Source of the DNA: Squalus acanthias
Lineage: Eukaryota
Direction of reading: 5' to 3'
Assembly: GCA_030390025.1 (NCBI GenBank)
Contig: CM059432.1
Location: 127,970,001 to 128,034,000 of the forward strand
Length of the DNA stretch: 64,000 bases
A program made the translations under genes and the position numbers. Positions 38,956 to 52,566 of the stretch are shown here, piece after piece; within the stretch, counting starts at the first letter, position 1, and every line of letters starts with the position of its first letter. The notes under the pieces are model-generated. The model was not told where the DNA came from. It did no database searches and was given only the letters and a program-made list of their open reading frames with translations.

Positions 38956-39816
38956 CAGGGCTTCTCGAGCTTTTTGCTTCTGAGGCCCCCCTCCAGTGTT
39001 ATAAAAATTCCATGGACCCCCTGTAACACAACACAACTATTTTTTAAAAGTGGCTCCAGTCACATGGTAAAAACCAGCGGCAAATTCGCGCACAGCAAGG
39101 TCCCACAACAGAAAATCAGATGGATCACCATATACTATGTGCACCTAAGCTCCAGGCTCACTTCCCAATGCAAAATGGTGTATATATAAAGGTCAACTTT
39201 CATGGCCGTCCGCACCTCGCGCGAGTGATGCCCCTGAGACTTGGACCCGGGATTGCGAGCTCCGGGCAGTTTGATCAGCTGCCCGTTCCGTGCTCCGCTC
39301 CAAACAGCTGCCATGGACAAGCGGCGGTCAGCCGCATAAAAAGCAAAAGGAGAAGTCAGCCGAACATTCACCGACACTCTGGTTAATTCTCGGCCTGTTA
39401 CCCCACAAAATGGACATCAAACCCCACCGACCTATTGCTCCGCTTGCCTGATTTAAGCATGGTGGGCAGGGCTGTGCAGCCTACTGGGAAAAGAGTGCCA
39501 ACTGTCATTAACAGATCTGGGGTAGGATGGGGGCAGGTTCTCCCCTCCTCCAACATCAGCGATGGCACATTGGCCCAACCTCACATCGGTGCACTGAATT
39601 AAACTTTTTTTTTTGGAGGTGGGTATAAAGAATATATAGCTTATTTCAAGGTCTCATTCTTAGTAATAAACGGGGCACCACTGACATTGGTCTCGCTTTT
39701 TTTTTTGTGACCCTGCTCACAGGATGGGATTTTTTTTTAAAGATTTTATTCTTGAAAGATGCTGATTTGGCAGGCTCCTTGAAATCTTCTCGTGGACCCC
39801 CGGTTTAGAACCCCTG
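38956..39816. mobile_element. hAT (Charlie-like) non-autonomous element
   Basis: Exact 8-bp TSD CTCTAGGG (38948-38955 / 39817-39824); imperfect TIRs CAGGGCTTCTCGAGC / GTTTAGAACCCCTG. Confidence 0.88.
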
Positions 39817-40864
39817 CTCTAGGGGAACCTATACTTCACATGCAAGGTGGCCCATTATTAAAATTTATTAAAATCCTGTCTGGCATAAGGATGAGTAATT
39901 ATAAGTACAATCAATAAGTGTTAACTAATAATTTTGTAAACTGTAATTCCAGTTTCAGATCTCATACAAGCACTTCAGTTCGTTACAGAAGTAGATGCGC
40001 CAGAGAGATATAGATCAAGCGGATGCCCTCGCATCACATTTCAGCAAAATTGCTGTGATTGATCTATTTCTAAACTATCATGGTTCATTGTTACCATCCA
40101 TTTTGTACTAAGTTTTTATAACATTTTAGCAAATACTTGACTGGTAGTAATATGGTCAATGACTACCTATTGATAGTAAACAGTACCTGAGCAGGCATTG
40201 CTTTGTTATTTGAGTGGATGTGTTGCTTTGAAGTAAGTGAATAGCGTTTATACAGAGGATGCCAATAAATAATTGAATTAATACACTTAAAAAAAAAAAA
40301 TCAGTCTGGAGGAGAGGTGAATTCGAACACTTGTTTCATTGGTGAAATTAACACAGACTGAAAGATGAAAGTTTCCCCTCTTCCTGGCTATAAGACTCCC
40401 ACATAAAATTATTTTAATGATTCTTAACCTACATTCTCATGGGTTTAGGCCCATAGCACAAAACTGGCAATGTATAGCAGTTTTATTTTGATCATAAGGA
40501 TAACTAAAATGGAATGTCACATTCCTGCAATTAGGGGTGCTCTTCTAAGAATAAGGTTCTAGCACAAATAACTATGCTTTACATTACATGTGATCATGCT
40601 TTACCTGAAGTTGGAGGTACCCAAAGGGGAAATACATTCATTTTCTAGTACTGATATCTCATCTTGATGAGCACAAAAAATTACCAAAGAAATGTAGCTG
40701 ACACTTGTATCATGCTTAATACTTAAGCTTTAGTACTTGCATTTGCTATTTAACATTTTTCTATCTTTGTTTTTGAAAAAGGGATAGTTATTGACAAATT
40801 CTACCCGTGTGCAGTTAGAATGCGTGAGATGAATACATCTCTTGTTTTTCTGCTTCTTTTACAG

Positions 40865-41010
40865 AACATGTGCAAAATGAAGAGAACTATGCACAAGCAC
40901 TAGATAAATTTGGTAGTAATTTTTTAAGTCGTGATAATCCAGATCTTGGCACAGCTTTTGTTAAATTTTCCACACTCACGAAGGAGCTTTCAACGTTGCT
41001 GAAAAATCTG
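40865..41010 (+). CDS. ASAP1: ASAP1 internal coding exon (BAR domain), 146 nt
   Basis: ttttacag acceptor, GTAAGA donor. Translates (E)HVQNEENYAQALDKFGSNFLSRDNPDLGTAFVKFSTLTKELSTLLKNL, near-identical to recalled ASAP1 and unlike ASAP2/3. Confidence 0.96.
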
Positions 41011-41962
41011 GTAAGAGTTTAGGATCTTTGCTTCTTTATTTTATTAGCACCTCTGATCCATAATGGCTAAATGTTTTCTTTAAGTTACTGACCTGTACAG
41101 AGAATTGTGACTGAGGCTGTGATATATTAATCAAATGTAATATTATTGATATATTTAAAATACATATTATAAGGGTAAATTTAGTGATGTAGAGATTTAA
41201 GTTTAGATCTTCACACAACAGGAGTGCATATTAGACTTTGGGTGTATTTCAGCACACCCGGTTCACAGCCTTTACATTTTTCTGACTATTTATTCTAATG
41301 GATGAAAATTCGCACTGGCTGCGAGTCACGTGCTCTGACCCCCATGCATATATTACAATATATGCACCAATCATGTGAAGCTTTGTGCTAGGAGTGCGAA
41401 GTTGTAAAATTTACTCCATAAAGTCCAGAGCAAGAAAAGGCAATTGGCCCCATCGAGCGCATCCACAGTCCATGATTATTCTTCTAAGGACTTCCTACTG
41501 ATCTGCACCTGTTGATCCTATATTTTAAGAAACATTGTCTGTGATTTTAGCAGATAAATACTTAACACATCCATATGATAGTGTTTTGTCAGCTGTTTCA
41601 GTAGAGGCAATAACCCATTTAAAATAAACCAGTTAATGTCTGCATTAAAATACCAGATGCTAAGCGTATATCTGCTAATATCAACAGTAATTTCTAGGTT
41701 TAAGTTCCTTCAATTCCCCTTCCGAACTGAGATCCATGCAGCTTTACATTAGAGATTTCAATTCACTCCAAATCAGATACCTTCTCTGGGAGTCTCTTCT
41801 ACATATATTCCTTTAATTATTTTAAAGACTTGTATCACATCTCCCTTAATCGTTCCTGTAACAAAATAAGTTTATTTGCTTGAACCTTTTTTCATAATTG
41901 AATCCCTAAAGCATTGAATGAACCTGCTCACTATTCTCTGGACCCTTTCTAATGAATCCACA

Positions 41963-42481
41963 TCATAGAATCTTACAACACAGAAGGAAGCCATTTGGCC
42001 CATTGTGCCTGTGCATGTCCAATTGCCTTTTGAAAGTCCCTATGATTCCAGCACCCTTTCAGGTAATGTGTTCCAGATCTTAACAATCCTCTATGTGAAA
42101 AAAATTCTCCTAATTTCCTCTCTAGTTCTTTCCAATTGTTCTAAATCTATGACCTCAGGTTACCGACCCACTTGCCAGTGGAAACAGTTTCTCCCTACTT
42201 GCTCTATTAAAACACATCATAATTTTGAATACCTTTATTAGGTCTCCTCTTAACTTTCACTGCTCTAAGGGGAACAATTCCAGCTTCTCCAATCTCCATG
42301 TCCCTCATCCCTGGCATCATCCTGGTAAACCTCCTCCTCTCTATCCTCTCCAAAGGAAGGAAGACATCCTTCCGAAAGTGGGGTTGCCCTGAATTGTACA
42401 CATCACTCCAGCTGAGGCTTAACACGAGATTTGTAAAGGTTTAGCATGACTTTCTTGTTTTTGTATTCAATGCCCCTATTT
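41963..42481 (-). mobile_element. CR1 3' part (continues at 43910-44700)
   Basis: Reverse-complement 3' UTR catagaatcttacaacacagaagg; RRFTRMMPGM. Confidence 0.82.
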
Positions 42482-43905
42482 ACAACAGCAACTTGCATTT
42501 ATATAGCGCCTTTAGCGCAGCAAAACATCCTAAGGCGCTTAACAAGAGCGTTATCAATCAAAACATTTTTGACACTGCGCCACAGAAGGAGATATCAGGA
42601 GAGATGACCAAAAGCTTGGTTAAAGAGGTAGGTTTTAAGGAGCATCTTGAAGGAGGAGAGAGAGGCGGAGAGGTTTAGGGAAAGAATTCCAGAGCTTGGG
42701 GCCAAGGCAACTGAAAGCACGGCCGCCAATGGTGGAGCGATTAAAATCAGGGATGTGCAAGAGGCCAGAATTGGAGGAGATCAGAGATCTGAGGGTTGTA
42801 GGGCTGGAGGAGGTTATAGAGATAGGGAGAAGCAAGGCCATGGAGGAATTTGAAAACCAGGATGAGGATTTTAAAGTTGAGGTGTTGTCGTACCGGGAGT
42901 CAGTATGAGTCAGCAAGCACTGGGGTAATGGGTGAACGAGACTTGGTGCGAGTTAGGATATGGGCAGCGGAGTTTTGGATGAGCACAAGTTTATGTAAGG
43001 TGGAAGATGGGAGGCCAGCCAGGAGAGCATTGGAATAGCCAAGTCTCGAGGTATCAAAGGCACGGATGAGGGTTTGAGCAGCAGATAAGTTGAGGCAGGG
43101 TCGGCGATAGGCGATGTTATGGAGGTGGAAATAGGTGGTCTTGGTGATGGAGCGGATATGTGGTCGGAAGCTCATCTTGGGGTTAAATACAACACCAAGG
43201 TTGTGAATGGTCTGGCTCAGCTTCAGACAGCTGTCAGGGATGGAAATGGTGGTCAGGCAACTGAGTTTGTGGCAGGGACCAAAGACAATAGCTTCAGTCT
43301 TGTCAATATTTAGTTGGAGGAAATTTCTGCTCATCCAATGTCGGACAAGCAGTGTGACAAATCAGACAGTGGAGGGGTCAAGAGAGGTGGTGGTGAGAGA
43401 GTGCTGAGTGTCGTCAATGTACATGTGGAAGCTGATGTGTTTTCGGATGATACTGCCGAGCGGCAGCAAGTAGATGAGAAATAGAAGGGGGCCAAGGATA
43501 GATCCTTGGGGGACTCCAGAGGTAATGGTGCAGGAATGTAAAGAGAAGCCATTGCAAGCAATTCTTTGGCTACGATTCGATAGATAAGAATGGAACCAGG
43601 CAAGGGCAGTTCCACCCAGCTAGACGATGACGGAGGAGGATGGTGTGGTAAACTGTGTTGAAGACTGCAGATAGGTTGAGGAGGGATAGTTTACCATTGT
43701 CACTCACATAGAATGTCATTTGTGACTTTGATAAGGGCTGTTTCAGTATTGTGGCAGGGACGGAAACCTGTTTGGAGGGATTCAAACATGGAATTGCAGG
43801 AAAGATGGGCACGGATTTGGGAAGTGACAACACGTTCAAGGACTTTGGAGAGGAAAGGGAGGTTGGAGATGGGGCAGTAGTTTGCAAGGACAGAGGAGTC
43901 AAGGG
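42482..43905 (-). mobile_element. L2 LINE nested in CR1
   Basis: MSRNFLQLNIDKTEAIVFG, NYCPISNLPFLSKVLE and TETALIKVTND; L2 3' tail. Confidence 0.9.
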
Positions 43906-43909
43906 TGGT

Positions 43910-44700
43910 CAAAGCCAAGTATCACATATGCCTTATCAACTTGCCCTGCTGCCTTCCAAGATTTGTGCATATGCACCCCCCCCAGGTCCTTCTGCTCTTG
44001 CACCCCCTTAAAATAGTACCATTTAGATTATATTGTTTCTCCATGTTGTTTCTCAAAGTCCATCACTTCACACTTATCAGCATTAAATTTCATCTGCCAT
44101 GTGTCTGCCCATTTCACCAGTCTGTCTATCTCCTCCTGAAGTCTGCTACTACCCTGCTCACTATTTACTACTTTGCCAAGTTTTGCATCATCCGCAAACT
44201 TAGAAATTGTACTCCCTATATCCAAGTCCAGGCCATTTATATATAACAAGAAAAGCAATGATCCTAATACCGACCCCTGGGGAACTCCACTACATACATC
44301 TCTCCAGTCAGAAAAACATCTGTTCACTTCTACTCTTTGCCTCCTATCCCATAGCCAATTACGTACCTAAGTTACCACCGTTGTTTTAACATTATATACT
44401 TCTATTTTCCGAATAAATCTGTTATGTGGTACTTTATCAAATGCCTTTTGAAAGTCCATATATACAACATCTACTGCATTACCTTCATCAACCCTCTCTG
44501 TTACTTCGTCAAACACGATTTGCCTTTAACAGATCTGTGCTGGCTGTCCCTTATTTAACCCATGCTTCTCCAAGTGAGAATTAATTTTGTCCTTGGTCTC
44601 TATTAGTTTTCCTACCACTGACATTAGACTTGATTGGTCTGTAGTTACCAGGTCGATCCCTCTCCCCGTCTTTGCACAGGGGTGTAACATTTGTAATTCT
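43910..44700 (-). mobile_element. CR1 RT fragment
   Basis: [18 protein letters not shown] and WQMKFNADKC. Confidence 0.88.
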
Positions 44701-45229
44701 TTTCTATAAATTCCCCACTTGCCTTTTTTTTTTGGATTTCATGTTCATAGCTTGAAGTATTTGTGCTTAATTTTTAGGTTATTTCTGTCCTTATTAAACC
44801 ATTGTGGTCAAGGTCTTGTTGTTTCTTCTTTTATAATACAGTATACTTTCCTCATGAGGGAGGATGGGTGGGCACTGGTAGATGATTGGGTTAGGTACTA
44901 TCCTTTTTCCTCTGAGACCTGGGTCACAAATCCAATCTAAATGGAGGGGATGAAGGCTTCCTGTCTGAAATATATACAGGGGACATAAGTATAAACACGT
45001 TTATTTTCAGGGCTGATATCAGGAAGCACTTCTTCAAATAGCAATTTAATACAAGTGATGGCCTCTGGATATCAAAGTGGAAATAAAATCTTGAGAATCA
45101 TTCAAGAGACAGTTGGATGTTGTGGTGGGACTATAGGTTTCTGTGAAAAGATGACCAATCTAAGTCAGTTGGCCTCTGTCATCTGTACAGATCTTTGATT
45201 ATAATAGCCTTAAATGCATTGCATGTTCT

Positions 45230-47160
45230 TCTGTTCTATTATTAAGTATGATTTTTAAATTAATTTCCCCAAACTCTGCTCATAGCTACAACATATGCTC
45301 TTATGAAGTTGCCACATTGTTTTCTTTGGCCTTAGCTTTGACAACAGTATCAAGTCTAAGAATATGTAATTACTTGATGTGCTCACAAACTTCCAGCTAA
45401 CTAATCAACTGTACTTGACTGCTCAACACCAAATCCAGCACAGTCTCTGCTCCTGTCGATTGAGTCACATGTTGTGTAAGGAAACAATCCCATGCCAACT
45501 CAGTGAAATATGTTTGTATTTTCATCCCTGACTTCTGGTCTGTCCATTTACAGTCTGAGATGTTGAAATTCCCCATGGTTAGTGCATTGCCATGTTCTGC
45601 AGCTGCCCCAGCGTTGTTCATCTAACTAGCTTACATTTTGGGGCCATTTATAGCAGTTACCAATTAATTTCCTGCCTTTAACATTATTCAGTTCTATCCA
45701 TATTGTTACAGTCTCATCCCTTCTCCTATATTCATCTTTTTTGTGATTCCTTATCAATAATGTAATTCCTCCACCTCTCTTATTAGATCTGCCCTTGCAA
45801 AAAAAAATCCTCAGCTGCAGCTTGACCATATTCTTTTTCTTATTTGATCTTTATGCTATTGATGCATTTTTTTTCATTTTTGTCTATTTTGTTCACCCCA
45901 ACTGTCTGACTTCCTAGTTCAATTCACTCCTGTTTACTCTCTCCAAGGATATTGGTACTAATCCAATTTGTGAAGCCCATCTCACTTGAACAGCTTGCCC
46001 TTCCCACAGAACTTGTTCCAATGTCTTGGGAAACTGAAGCCCTCCTTTCTACATCAGCTTTCTAGCCATGAATGGATGTATACAACCTGTTCCTGTCTAG
46101 CTAGTGATTTTGGGAGTACTGCTGAGATTGCTGCCTTTGATATCTTGCGCTTGAATCTAAAGCATGATTCCTCAAATTTCCTTTGCAAGATCATTATCTT
46201 TCTTTTTATTTATTTATTATTCATTCCTTTGTGACCTATAACATCTGGCTATTTCTCCCCCTTCCATCAGTTTTCCCACCAGCTCCAAATTAGGCTGTCT
46301 GTTCATATTTATAGTATTCTCCACTACTGCCTTTTTTTGTGAATAATCACTCTTTTCCCTATGAATGAATGCACCATGGTGCTCTTATGCTGCTCTTGAT
46401 TTCCCTTGTGCCTCTTCCTTGTCCTCATCATCAGGTGTCAAAAACAGTGTACCTATTGGACACGTTCAGTTTTCTTGTCCTGGTTCCCGCTATCTCCTTC
46501 TCCACTTGTGTTTTTTAAAAATTCATTCTCTGGTTCGCTGGCTAGGCTGCAATTTATTGCCTATCCCTAATTGCCCCAAGAAGGTGGTGGTGGGCCACCC
46601 CCTTGAACCGCTGCAGCCTGTATTCTTGTTAGCGGTTTGATACAACTAAGTGGCTTGTTTGGTCACTTCAGAGGGCAATTACGAGTCAACCACATTGGTG
46701 GTATGGGACTGGAGTTATGTATAGGCTAGACCAGGTAAGGATGCCAGATTTCCTTCCCTAAAGGACATTAGTGAACCAGTTGGGTTTTTACAATAATCCA
46801 ACATCTTCATGGTAATTATTTTTACTGATACCACCTTTTCACTACCAGATTTTTTAAATGTATTCAAATTCTCAAAATGCCATGTAGGAATTGAATTCAT
46901 GTTCTCTGGATTACTAGTCCAGTAACATAACCACTATACTACCATACCCAATCTGTAGTTAGTTAAACATTTCCTCCTCTCTGTGTCACTATTCCTCTCA
47001 ATTTGCATTGTGACCACTTTCTGGAAGACCTCTTTCAGAAACCTTTTGTCCTGGAGAGTTGTCTGCTGCTTGGATAATACAATCCTCTGACATTCAGTGC
47101 ATGTATACTCGTCCAGAATATTTTGGAAATCCAGGATATTCCTCGTCATGCATTTCACTC
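45230..47160 (-). mobile_element. Old CR1 5' half (ORF1 zinc-finger remnant + APE remnant), interrupted by a SINE
   Basis: RGGGITLLI, MGNFNI and FLTQHV..LDLVL; YTCTECQ..LKEVFQKVVT resembles the ORF1 at 57263-57931. Confidence 0.6.
46525..46949 (-). mobile_element. tRNA-headed SINE sharing 5' and 3' ends with LINE-X
   Basis: Minus strand has TAGTATAGTGG (A box) and GAATTCAATTCC (B-box-like); the body matches 18253-18600 and is joined directly to sequence matching 20834-20920. Confidence 0.82.
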
Positions 47161-48056
47161 ACATCAATTTTTATATTTCAGTAATTTACCCATACTGTCA
47201 TATTGTGCACAAAGTATGTTTTATTTGCATTTGGAGAGGGACTAATACTATATTGTATAGCATTATATAACCTTTCCATTTGAAAATAACATTTCTGACT
47301 TCACTTACCCTTTTTGAGGAATGCAATAGCAATTTTGCTCCACATTAAAACGCAATATGGAATTACATATTTTCCTCCTAGATTAAATTTCAAACCACTA
47401 TAATTGAATGCATCTCTTATTGATATGAAAAAGAAGTCTATCTCTCACAATTCACTTGGGAAATGTTAATGTTAATTTTTTTAACCGTGATCGACATCAG
47501 TAACAAGTTGTTTGTAACTTCTGCCCTTCATCTGTGGAATCTTAAGTACATCGCCAGAACCAGGGGCAAAATATGAATGCATGGCCCATTAACATAGATC
47601 ACTGTTACTGATACTGGTCTCTGCTGCAAAGAAAAGCATGATTGTAGTGAACTATATATAGTTTTAAACAAAAACTGCAAGTCCCCGATAACCTTATTAA
47701 AAAGTGCTCGAGAGAGTTGTGCTACCAGGTATTATTTCTAAAATATTTTTATGTCTGCTTCATAAAATGGGTCCATACAGTATATTATACTTCAAGGGCT
47801 GTGGCATATCAGCATTGTAGTAAGGGCTAGTGTACTTTGACTTTGGTAAGATTTGATTGAGTATATGTGGAAAAAGCACTCCACCATTGGGCTGGCAAGA
47901 ACATTTCAAAATCTAACATTGCTGAGGATGGGTTCAACAAAGGCATTACAACCAGTTCCACTATCATAGCGCTGATTGTGAAGACTAGTGATGCTATATT
48001 TTAAGACTGTATGATTCTTCTAATTGCTTCTGCCATTGTCTAAATGTACTTTTCAG

Positions 48057-48131
48057 CTGCAGAATCTTAGTCATAATGTCATCTTCACTTTGGATTCACT
48101 ATTGAAGGGAGACCTGAAAGATGTCAAAGGG
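48057..48131 (+). CDS. ASAP1: ASAP1 internal coding exon (BAR domain), 75 nt
   Basis: ttttcag acceptor, GTAAGT donor, phase 0-0. Translates LQNLSHNVIFTLDSLLKGDLKDVKG, continuing the frame of the preceding exon. Confidence 0.95.
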
Positions 48132-48629
48132 GTAAGTGCCTGTATCTAGTGACAGAATGGTACTGATTGAAGTAAATGCCAAACTTTGGGATATTGACTG
48201 CAAATACATAGACCATCCTATGCCAGGAAGTGCAAAATAAAACTTTGCATTTGAGGATGGTGACATAACCCTGAGTTTTTAACTGGCCATCAAACCGTAA
48301 CTAAAATGGCAATTTATCCTTTGCAGTGTAACAAAGGATAAAATATGTTATATGTGCAACATTGGAAAAAGAAGATTTTGGTGGGATTATTGGGTTTAAA
48401 CAATTCCGTTCAAATTTAGTCCAGGCTGATGGGATGAACGCCGGCTCCCCGCCCAATATGAGGGAGCTCCATGAAATGTATTTTAATGATTGTGATCTAG
48501 TTTCCAATGCACAATAATCCACAACAAAGAACTGCTTATGACCTGACCCTGAACTGGAATTGTGAAACAATAAAGATGGTTGGTGTGGGAAATAGAAAAA
48601 TCATATTGGGGCAGTGCAAGGAGCTTTTA

Positions 48630-49450
48630 AGGTTTGAATTAAGCAGACAAGGATGATCTTGTGTGCCCTGGCAGGGCTGTACTGCAAGGCTTCTCTAACA
48701 TGTCTAAACATTGGAAATGCTTTTTCAAGATGCTAATACTCTATTCAGTTATTGCCCTGATAACTGCATGAACTTTGTATCTGCATTTTATGTTCCAACT
48801 GCAGTTTTATTAACCAGGGCTGTAAAGAATAACCTTAAGCTCCTAGGAGCAATCCTTCAAGTCTGCCTACTGCTTTAAATAACATGAGCATGGAGGATTG
48901 CCTCAAAATAAAAGAATCATGACTGCTACCTATGGAGCGGGCGATGACTTACATGATTGGGTTCTGCTGGTTCATGACTGATGGAGTAAAAGCTCTGTTG
49001 GTTATGAATGCCATGGCATTGTGCCCTAAGGCCCAGGTTGCCAAATGGGGGCTATCGGTAATGGAAAATTCCTGCGATGTGAGGAATAGCATTGTGCTGT
49101 CATTGTGTTGTCACTCTTTCCTGGGGAAGATTATTTTAATTTGTTCATCCTAGTGAACAAAGAATCATTGAGCTGACTGATGTAGATGTTCCCTGTGGAA
49201 GGACCATGTGGAATCTAAGTTGAGGGTGGTTGTGACTCTGGGTGCCGCTGGCAGTGCTGTCTCTGTTGAGGTTTTCTGGCGGAGCAGCTTGAAACAAATG
49301 GGACAATTCCATTAATATTTCCCTGATGAAGTTTAGTCTGCGAAGGGAGTTCCCTTCTGACATTCCAGGTAGCCCTGCCTGGTGCTGTAAACACATTTCA
49401 GAAGGTAATAACAGGTACAAGCAGATCACCTATGGTGCAGATGAGCTACT
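48630..49450 (-). pseudogene. Degenerate Harbinger (HARBI1-like) DDE transposase
   Basis: Minus-strand fragments in the expected order: LRRLNFIREILMELSHL, TALPAAPRVTTTLN, ARSIGSSHDSFILRQS, GLLLG.*GYSLQPWL and LQYSPAR..KIILVC. Confidence 0.8.
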
Positions 49451-49604
49451 CTGACTCCCTTTCTTCAACCTCCAAAAAAAGTTAGCAATAGAGAAGCACT
49501 GAATGGTACACCCAGGTTCACAAGTTAACCTTTAAGAAATGACTTTGTGAAAAGGCAGAATGTGACTGGCCTTTATCAGGCATGTTATATGGGTAGGATC
49601 ATCA

Positions 49605-51579
49605 ATTAGGGTTACATCGGATATACAGGACAGAAACAGGCCATTTGGCCCAACCAGTACAAACCAGCATTTAGGCTCCACTTGAGCCTCCTCCCGTCTT
49701 TACTCATCTAACTCTATCAGCATAACCCTCTCTTCCTTTCTCTCTCATATGCTTATCTAGCCTCTCCTTAAATGCATCTCTACTATTCGCTTCAACCACT
49801 CCCTGTGATAGCGAGTTCCACATTTGCACCATTCTCTGGGTAAACAAGTTTCTTCTGAATTCCCTATTTGATTTCTTGGTGAATATCTAACATTGATGGC
49901 CTCTAGTTTTGCTCTTCCCCACAAGTCGAAACACGCTCTGTGTCTACTTTATCAAAACCTTTTAAGAGAAAAGAGACCCAGCCTGTTTATCCTTTCCTGA
50001 TAGGTATACCCTTGCATTTCTGGTTTCATCCTTGTAAATCTTTTTTGTACTCTCTCTAGTGCCTCTATATCCTTTTTATAATATGGCGACCAGAATTGTA
50101 TGCAGTACTCCAAGTGTGGTCTAACCAAGGTTTGATACAAGTTTAGCATAACTTCCCTACTTTTTAATTCTATCCCTCGAGAAATAAACCCTAGTGCTTG
50201 GTATGCTTTTTTTATGGCCTTGTTAACCTACGTCGCTACTTTTAGTGATTTGTGCATTTGTACACCCATTGCTCTTCTACCCCATTTAGATTTCTTTTTT
50301 TCTAAGTAATATGTGACCTCACTATTTTGCTTATCAAAATGTAATACGTCACATTTATCTGTGTTGAAATTCATTTGCCAATTATATGCCCATTCTGCAA
50401 GTTTATTAATGTCTTCTTTTAATTTGTTGCAGTCCTCCTCAGTATTGACTATACCTCCCTTTTGATGTCATCTGCAAATTTAGAAATTGTGTGTTTGATT
50501 CCAAAGTCTAAATCATGAAGATAAATTGTGAACAACATTTGTCCCAGCACTGATCCTTATAAAACACTACTTCCTACCTTCTGCCACTCAGAATAGCTAC
50601 CCTTTACCCCTACTCTCAGCTTTCTGTCTTGAAGCCAGCTAGCTATCCATTCTGCTACTTGACCCCTGACTCCGCATTCTCTGACGTTGTTCATTAGTCT
50701 ATTATGTGGTACCTTAATGAAAGCATTTTGAAAATCTAGATATATTACATCCAATGCATTACCCTTGTCTATTCTCTCTGTTACCCTTCAAAAAATTCAA
50801 TGAGGTTGGTCAAGCAAGACTTTCCCTTTTGAAATCCATGCTGACTATTCATTATTATATTTTTGGTTTCTAGATGTTCTTCTATTTTCTCCTTCAGTAG
50901 GGATTCCATTATTTTTCCTACCACTGATGTTAAGCTGGCTGGTCTATAGTTCCCTGGACATGTTCTATCTCCCTTCTTAAATATAGGTATTACGTTAGCT
51001 ATCTGCTAGTCCTCTGGCACAACACCCTTTTCTAATGAATTATTAAATATGTGTAATAGTGTCTCTGCTATCTTTTCCCTAGATTCTTTTAAAATGCACG
51101 GGTGTAATCCGTCCGGACCAGGGGTTTTATCTTCTTTCAGTTTGATTCGTTTATTTAATATTTCTCTTTATTTTAAATGTGGTTATCTCATTTCGAATCT
51201 CATCATCCAATATCATGCCCACCTGTTCTGTGTCCCTGATAAATACTGAAGCAAAGTAATTATTTAATATTTCTGCCATTTCTCTATCGCTACCTGTAAT
51301 ATTATATTATCCATCGCTTAGTGGCCCTATTCCCATCCCGTCTTGCCTTTTATTATTTATGTGCCTGTGGAATATTTTACTATTTTGTTTTATGATCCTT
51401 GATGATTTAATTTCATAGTTCCTCTTTGCCTTCCTAATTGTTTTTTTGACTTCTCCCCGAATCTCTTCGTATTCTCCCTTGTCATACGCTCCCCTGCTGT
51501 CCATGTACTTAGTGTATGCCTCTTTCCTAACCCTCAATTTTTTCCTTATGTCTTTATTAATCCATGGTGTCTCATTTTA
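49605..51579 (-). mobile_element. CR1 LINE, 5'-truncated
   Basis: LYQTLVRPHLEYCIQFWSPY and YLDFQNAF; reverse-complement 3' UTR. Confidence 0.9.
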
Positions 51580-51900
51580 GGGGCAACACGGTGGCATAGT
51601 GGTTAGCACTGTTGCCTCACAGCGCCAGGGACCCGGGTTCGAATCCGGCCTCGGGTGACTGTCTGTGTGGAGTTTGCACATTCTCCCCGAGTCTGCGTGG
51701 GTTTCCTCCGGGTGCTCCGGTTTCCTCCCACAGTCCAAAGATGTGCGGGTTAGGTTGATTTGGCTATGATAAATTGACCCTTGGTGTTAGGGGGATTAAA
51801 TACGTGGGGTTATGGGGATAGGGTGGGATATGTGTCGGTGCAGGCTCGATGGGCCGAAATGGCCTCTATCTGCACTGTGGGGATTCTGTGATTCTGTGAT
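51580..51900 (+). mobile_element. HE1-like V-SINE
   Basis: tRNA head (TGGCATAGTGG, GGTTCGAATCC), V-domain core gtggagtttgcacattctcccc..gggtttcctccgggtgctccggtttcctccc, CR1-like tail with gattctgt repeats. Confidence 0.92.
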
Positions 51901-52049
51901 TAGTATTTATCATCTTGTTTTTTAGCGGAATATACTGCATAAATCTGGGGTTAACATCACTGAATTCCACGGGGGTTTATTAGCATCATGTCACATATGG
52001 TAATGACATTGTTACAGCATTTGTGCAAGAGTGCTGACTAACTTGTAAA

Positions 52050-52566
52050 AGGAACAGAGGAGTAGGCAATTCAGCTCCTCAAGCCTGTTCAGTCAGATCA
52101 TGGCTGATCTGTATCTCAACCTGCCTTTGATCCATATCCCATGATACCCTTTGCTAACAAAAATCTATTGATCCCAGTCTTGAAAATTTTAATTGACCCA
52201 GCATATGCAGTCTTTTGGTGGAGAGAGTTCCAGGTTTCCATTACCATTTGTGTGAAAAAGTGCTTCCTGATTTCACTCCTAAATGGCTTAGCTCTAATTT
52301 TATGATGCCCCTTGTTCTGGATTTCTCCACCAGAGAAAATAATTTCTCCGTATCTACCCTGTCGACCCTCTGTCATTTTAAACACCTCAATTAGATCACC
52401 CTTCAACCATCTAAACTCAAGGGAATACAAGCCAAGTTTATGCAACTTCATATTTTAATCCTTCAAGCCCTGGTATCATTCTGGTTAATCTGTGCTGTAC
52501 CCCGTCTAAGGCTAATGCATGCTTCCTAAGGTGCATTTCCCAAAACTGAACACAGTACTCCAGATG
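52050..52566 (-). mobile_element. CR1 3' fragment
   Basis: LGLYSLEFRWLKGDLIEVFK and HLEYCVQFW. Confidence 0.82.

Noticed and set aside
41300..41418. Possible small old Harbinger MITE (also a Tigger-like piece at 11877-11972 and a candidate at 63000-63110)
   Set aside because: Termini too degenerate and no convincing TSD.
51580..51655. tRNA gene (also at about 12350-12421, 18253-18350 and 54340-54410)
   Set aside because: These are SINE/LINE heads continuous with repeat bodies; no complete cloverleaf followed by a terminator was seen.
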